Shown here in pieces: positions 60,367 to 64,000 of a DNA stretch of 64,000 nucleotides. The DNA is taken from the NCBI GenBank assembly GCA_002269645.1, contig NIVC01002902.1, positions 62,001 through 126,000 on the forward strand. Direction: 5' to 3'. The notes under the pieces are model-generated. The model had not been told where the DNA came from, made no database searches, and saw only the letters and a list, made by a program, of their open reading frames with translations. The translations under genes were made by a program, and so were the position numbers. This DNA comes from Macrostomum lignano. Taxonomy: Eukaryota. Each line of letters begins with the position of its first letter. The stretch's first letter is position 1.

Positions 60367-60910
60367 ATGGCCATCTAAAAGGATTGCTCACAATTACTAT
60401 TAAGACGAAATAGTATGCACACTGTCAATCTCTGGGGTTGGGTGTTGCAGCTGCTCAATCGTGATAAATAAATAAAATGCACACTGTCAACTTACACGCA
60501 TGTGTAAATACAGAAAAATATATCCTTTCTATCGGATTGTCATTGAATAACAAGTTATCGATGGAAAAGCACAAGTGTGTGTGTGTGTGTGCGTTTGTGC
60601 GTGATCTATGATACGCATTCTCGAGCAGAACATCGCAGCTTGTACGTCTATGTTAAAAAAGTACATGTGCCACTTAGGCGTCTATGACGCATACAGGTAA
60701 GCCTAAGCGGTTGGGATTAAAGCCCGAAAAATAATTCACGCTTCAAATCAAAGTCAAAACTAAATCTTTCTTCATCTACAGCAGCCACCGCGTGTCAACA
60801 ATAAAGATAATCTTTCTTCATCTACAGCAGCCACCGCGTGTCAACAATAAAGATAAGTGCATTACTATTTGTCAATTAAATCAATTATAAACTGTGCTAA
60901 TCAAATTATA

Positions 60911-62010
60911 ATGGAAGGTTCCTGCACAGTGCCCAATCAGCAGAGGCTGAACATCGCTGCGCTGGTGTCCGGCATGATGAAGGGCGCAATAATCGGATTG
61001 GTGTCAATGCTAACGGACATCAGAAATTATTCAAACGCAAAGGGAACTGGCCAAGTGTTCTCTTTTAATCTTGCAGACGAAGACAGCGAGATTCGGGTAA
61101 GCGTGTTCGGAACAAATTTGAGAACACACCATTACTTGTGCAAAAACGCTACGGCCGTGCGCGTATCTGGTGGTTGGTTGAAAGCCTCAAATTCTATGTA
61201 CAACTCAACCGACAACGAGCTCGAAATGACTCTGTCAGTGGATAAAGATGGAGTCCTTGTTGCTAGCAACGAAATTGTCCAGCAGCGCAAAGCCCAGTAC
61301 ATAAAAATTGGCGTTCTCTCAACCTTTACACTGAGAAAGTAAGTTAAAGTCGTACTCGTACCATTCATTCTAAGCAACATTCGTTTTGGATGTGATTAAC
61401 AATTAATGGCAAAATTCTTCAATGGTCATGTAGGAAGGTTGACATTCGAGGCGTCATTTCCAGTACTATGGCGCAAAGGGAAATCCAAACAAAACGAGGA
61501 ACTACCACTAACTTGGCCAAGGTGACACTAGTCGATGACTCGGCATCGTCTGACTCCTGCACATTCTGGGCCGACAGTGCAAGTCTGGTGAATCACTGGA
61601 CTGTGGGCGACACCCTAGAGGTTCAAGGAGCCCAAGTGCAAGAATATGGCAATGATATTTCGCTAAATTGTACCAGGGCCAATGTTCGCCAATATCCTGC
61701 CAATGACTCTGACTTGACGGAGTGGTTTGAAAGGGCTCAGTCGAGTCAGCAAATCTTTGAGCCAGTCCAAAAGACCCAATCGACTGCGAGACCGCCTGAT
61801 AACCAGGAAGTTCGGAGGGACACATTTGTGTTCCAGTGCTCTCCTGAAATGTTCGCATCATTCCGCAATGTACAAATAATGCAAGTACGCTGCGGAGACG
61901 ACGAAATTATTTTTTCGCGAGACAAACGCGGAGGCGACGTGTCACTGGGCCAAATGGAGTCTACTCCAATCGCTGGACCGTCGCATTCTACTATCAATGA
62001 GGACGATTAA
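60911..62010 (+). CDS. RPA70-like ssDNA-binding protein, two OB folds (334 aa; exons 60911-61338, 61434-62010)
   Basis: IRNYSNAKGTGQVFSFNLADEDSEIRVSVF resembles RPA1 DBD-A; KVDIRGVI..VTLVDDS..CTFWAD resembles DBD-B. A phase-2 intron GTAAGT..TAG (95 nt) joins them in frame. Confidence 0.82.
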
Positions 62011-64000
62011 AAAGAATTGTCATTGATAAAGCAACACAGTCAATCTCTGGTGTTGGGTGTTGCAGCTGCTAAGTTTAATAACAATAAAGTGCACACTGTC
62101 AATCTCCGGGGTTGGGTGTTGCAGAAGCAGCAATGTTATTCTGATAATAATTCTGATTGATTGTTGATACTAAAAAAATAATACAATAAACGCTGTATGC
62201 ATCTGATTCAGTAAAAAATAAGAGAATAATACAAAAAAAAATAACTATTGTTTTCAAATAAATAATATAATCAATTCATTGCTCTGAACCTGAGCATTGC
62301 TATAATTGTCTATAGCCAACATTCTCCTTCTTACTTTTCGATCCTCTATTCTGTAATGGAGATAGCTTGAGTTCTTTCTTTCTGTGGTGTATTGTAGTGT
62401 AATAAATATTAATGACTAAATGAATGAGACCTATGAATAAGAATGAATATAAAAATTGATTTATGAATATTCATATTGAATTATTGAGATATTGAATTAT
62501 AGATACGGTGAATAAGAGAGATTATTATGAATATTAGTTAATCAATTGCGATAAATAACTGTACTAAATACTCTCCCGAAGGGGGTCAACTATTGCTAGT
62601 ATGTAGCTACTTGTGAATCCAAATAATTTAATTCAGTTGTGTCACACAAACATTGTCTCATTAGTCTAGTAAGCCTTGAGCAATGATTTCGAATTAGTGT
62701 TGAAAAATAAGCGTACATAGCGCAATATGGGACTAATGCAGCAGTTGCAGGGGAGGATTTTCACGCAGACGATCGTCTTACGCAGACGATGATGGCGCCC
62801 CCTTTTCCTTTGCCCTAATAAAAGAAAGGTCCAGCTCACCGTCCTCAGTTTGCTCAGTATGGCGCCCCTCTCGTGTATTATGCCGCCCAAAACAAGTTTG
62901 GTTTTATGCATGCTTTTGTGCGGACAACCCGCACACTTTCGTCTTACGAGATCTCCTCTCATATGGGGGATTTCACTTAATGTACTTAATTTCCAATGAG
63001 GGAACCGTACGATGAATTAATCAGGCTACGTTTGTAAAGATATATAAGAAAATCTAGTACAAGCTTACTGTCAATTTTATTTTTTAAATGTTTTTTGAGT
63101 GGACTGCGGATCGGACCACGTGCACGGCCCCCTCATTTAATTTCGAAATTCGATATCCGCGATCCCCAAATAAAAATTTAAGCGAACTCACTCTTCGTAC
63201 GATCCGTACGTACGAATTACGTACGGATCGTACGAAATTGAAGATATAGTTTGGGCGTGCGGCTTCTCTTTAAAAAGTGTACGAATACACTTTTGCGACA
63301 TCCATTTTTTTACAGCGGTATGATATAAATCGAAAACTGACCTTGCCTTGACTTTTCTAAGGGATCACATAAACGAATCAACGCGGCAATATAAATACAG
63401 TTTAGCTCAAGTGCAAGGGATCGAATAACGAAACAGTGCAACAGAGGGGTCGCATAACGAAAGAATGCCAGAAATTCATTGCCATTGTCATTTAAGGGAT
63501 CTTTTAATAAGTGAATATATGCATTGCCTGCAGATGAATTGCTGACTTACAAAGTTTATTTTTTGTTGGTATTGTTCAAGTAAAAGGATTGTAGGCTAAC
63601 AAATCAACACAATAATTCAAAAGGAATTTTTACGCAGATTTTTTGGGTGCTGACCAATTTGGCGACGAACAAATTTGGCGACGGAGATTTACAATGGACA
63701 AATTTGGAGAAAGCAAAAATAAATTGTTTATAATGCTAGAAATTCCATTTGTACAATGGTATTTGTCAATGCATATAAGTTTTTTTTAATGAGTTTGTTT
63801 TATCCATTTTTCACCTTTTAAAAATGGTTTCCAAGAAATGTCGGTTCATGAAATTCCATGCAATTTATTTCGAACAATCCAACACATTTTTTATCTATGG
63901 GACTATTGGCTTTAGTATGAAATCAGTGCACTTTCTTCGCAGCGGAGGACAAATTTTAAAATTTTAAACTGCACAAAACAGCACAAAGTGGTCCCTTTAA

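Larger units (their letters stand above)
46254..62599 (+). mobile_element. Head-to-tail Helitron array
   Basis: The block begins A|TC (46253/46254) and ends hairpin + CTAG|T (62599/62600). Internal CTAG|TC junctions lie at 48434, 48782 and 57697, and CTAG|TA at 55854. Each 5' end has TATACTAA followed by a short GTTT/GTCT/GCTT/CTAC microsatellite. Confidence 0.85.
57698..62599 (+). mobile_element. 4.9-kb Helitron H6 with helicase and RPA70-like genes
   Basis: 5' TCTAATATACTAA..(GTTT)n; 3' CCCGAAGGG hairpin + CTAG|T; internal Helitron-type coding sequence. Confidence 0.88.

Overview
Eukaryotic (metazoan) genomic DNA with GT-AG introns, so the ORF track splits or overextends most real genes. 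The gene style and repeats resemble the flatworm Macrostomum lignano; this is inference from memory, not a search. Three parts. (1) About 1.65-36.9 kb is a tandem duplication of a 17-19 kb cassette. Each copy has two secreted WSC+PAN/apple genes and one four-exon gene that, when spliced, joins a long ankyrin-repeat array to a Mab-21/cGAS-like nucleotidyltransferase (cGLR). All splice phases fit and the catalytic motifs are retained. The ankyrin array has 27 repeats in copy A and about 5 in copy B. Copy A lacks the ATG seen in B, and B has a premature TAG. (2) 39-46 kb holds three more secreted PAN-domain genes (PAN+LamG-like, PAN+C-type lectin, WSC+PAN) and a decayed mariner. (3) 46.25-62.6 kb is a head-to-tail Helitron array (A|TC...CTAG|T) full of minisatellites. 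It ends in a 4.9 kb element encoding a PIF1 helicase that lacks the Rep domain, plus an RPA70-like two-OB-fold gene. The best candidate for a new system is the variable-repeat ANK-cGLR receptor embedded in a lectin-type gene cluster.
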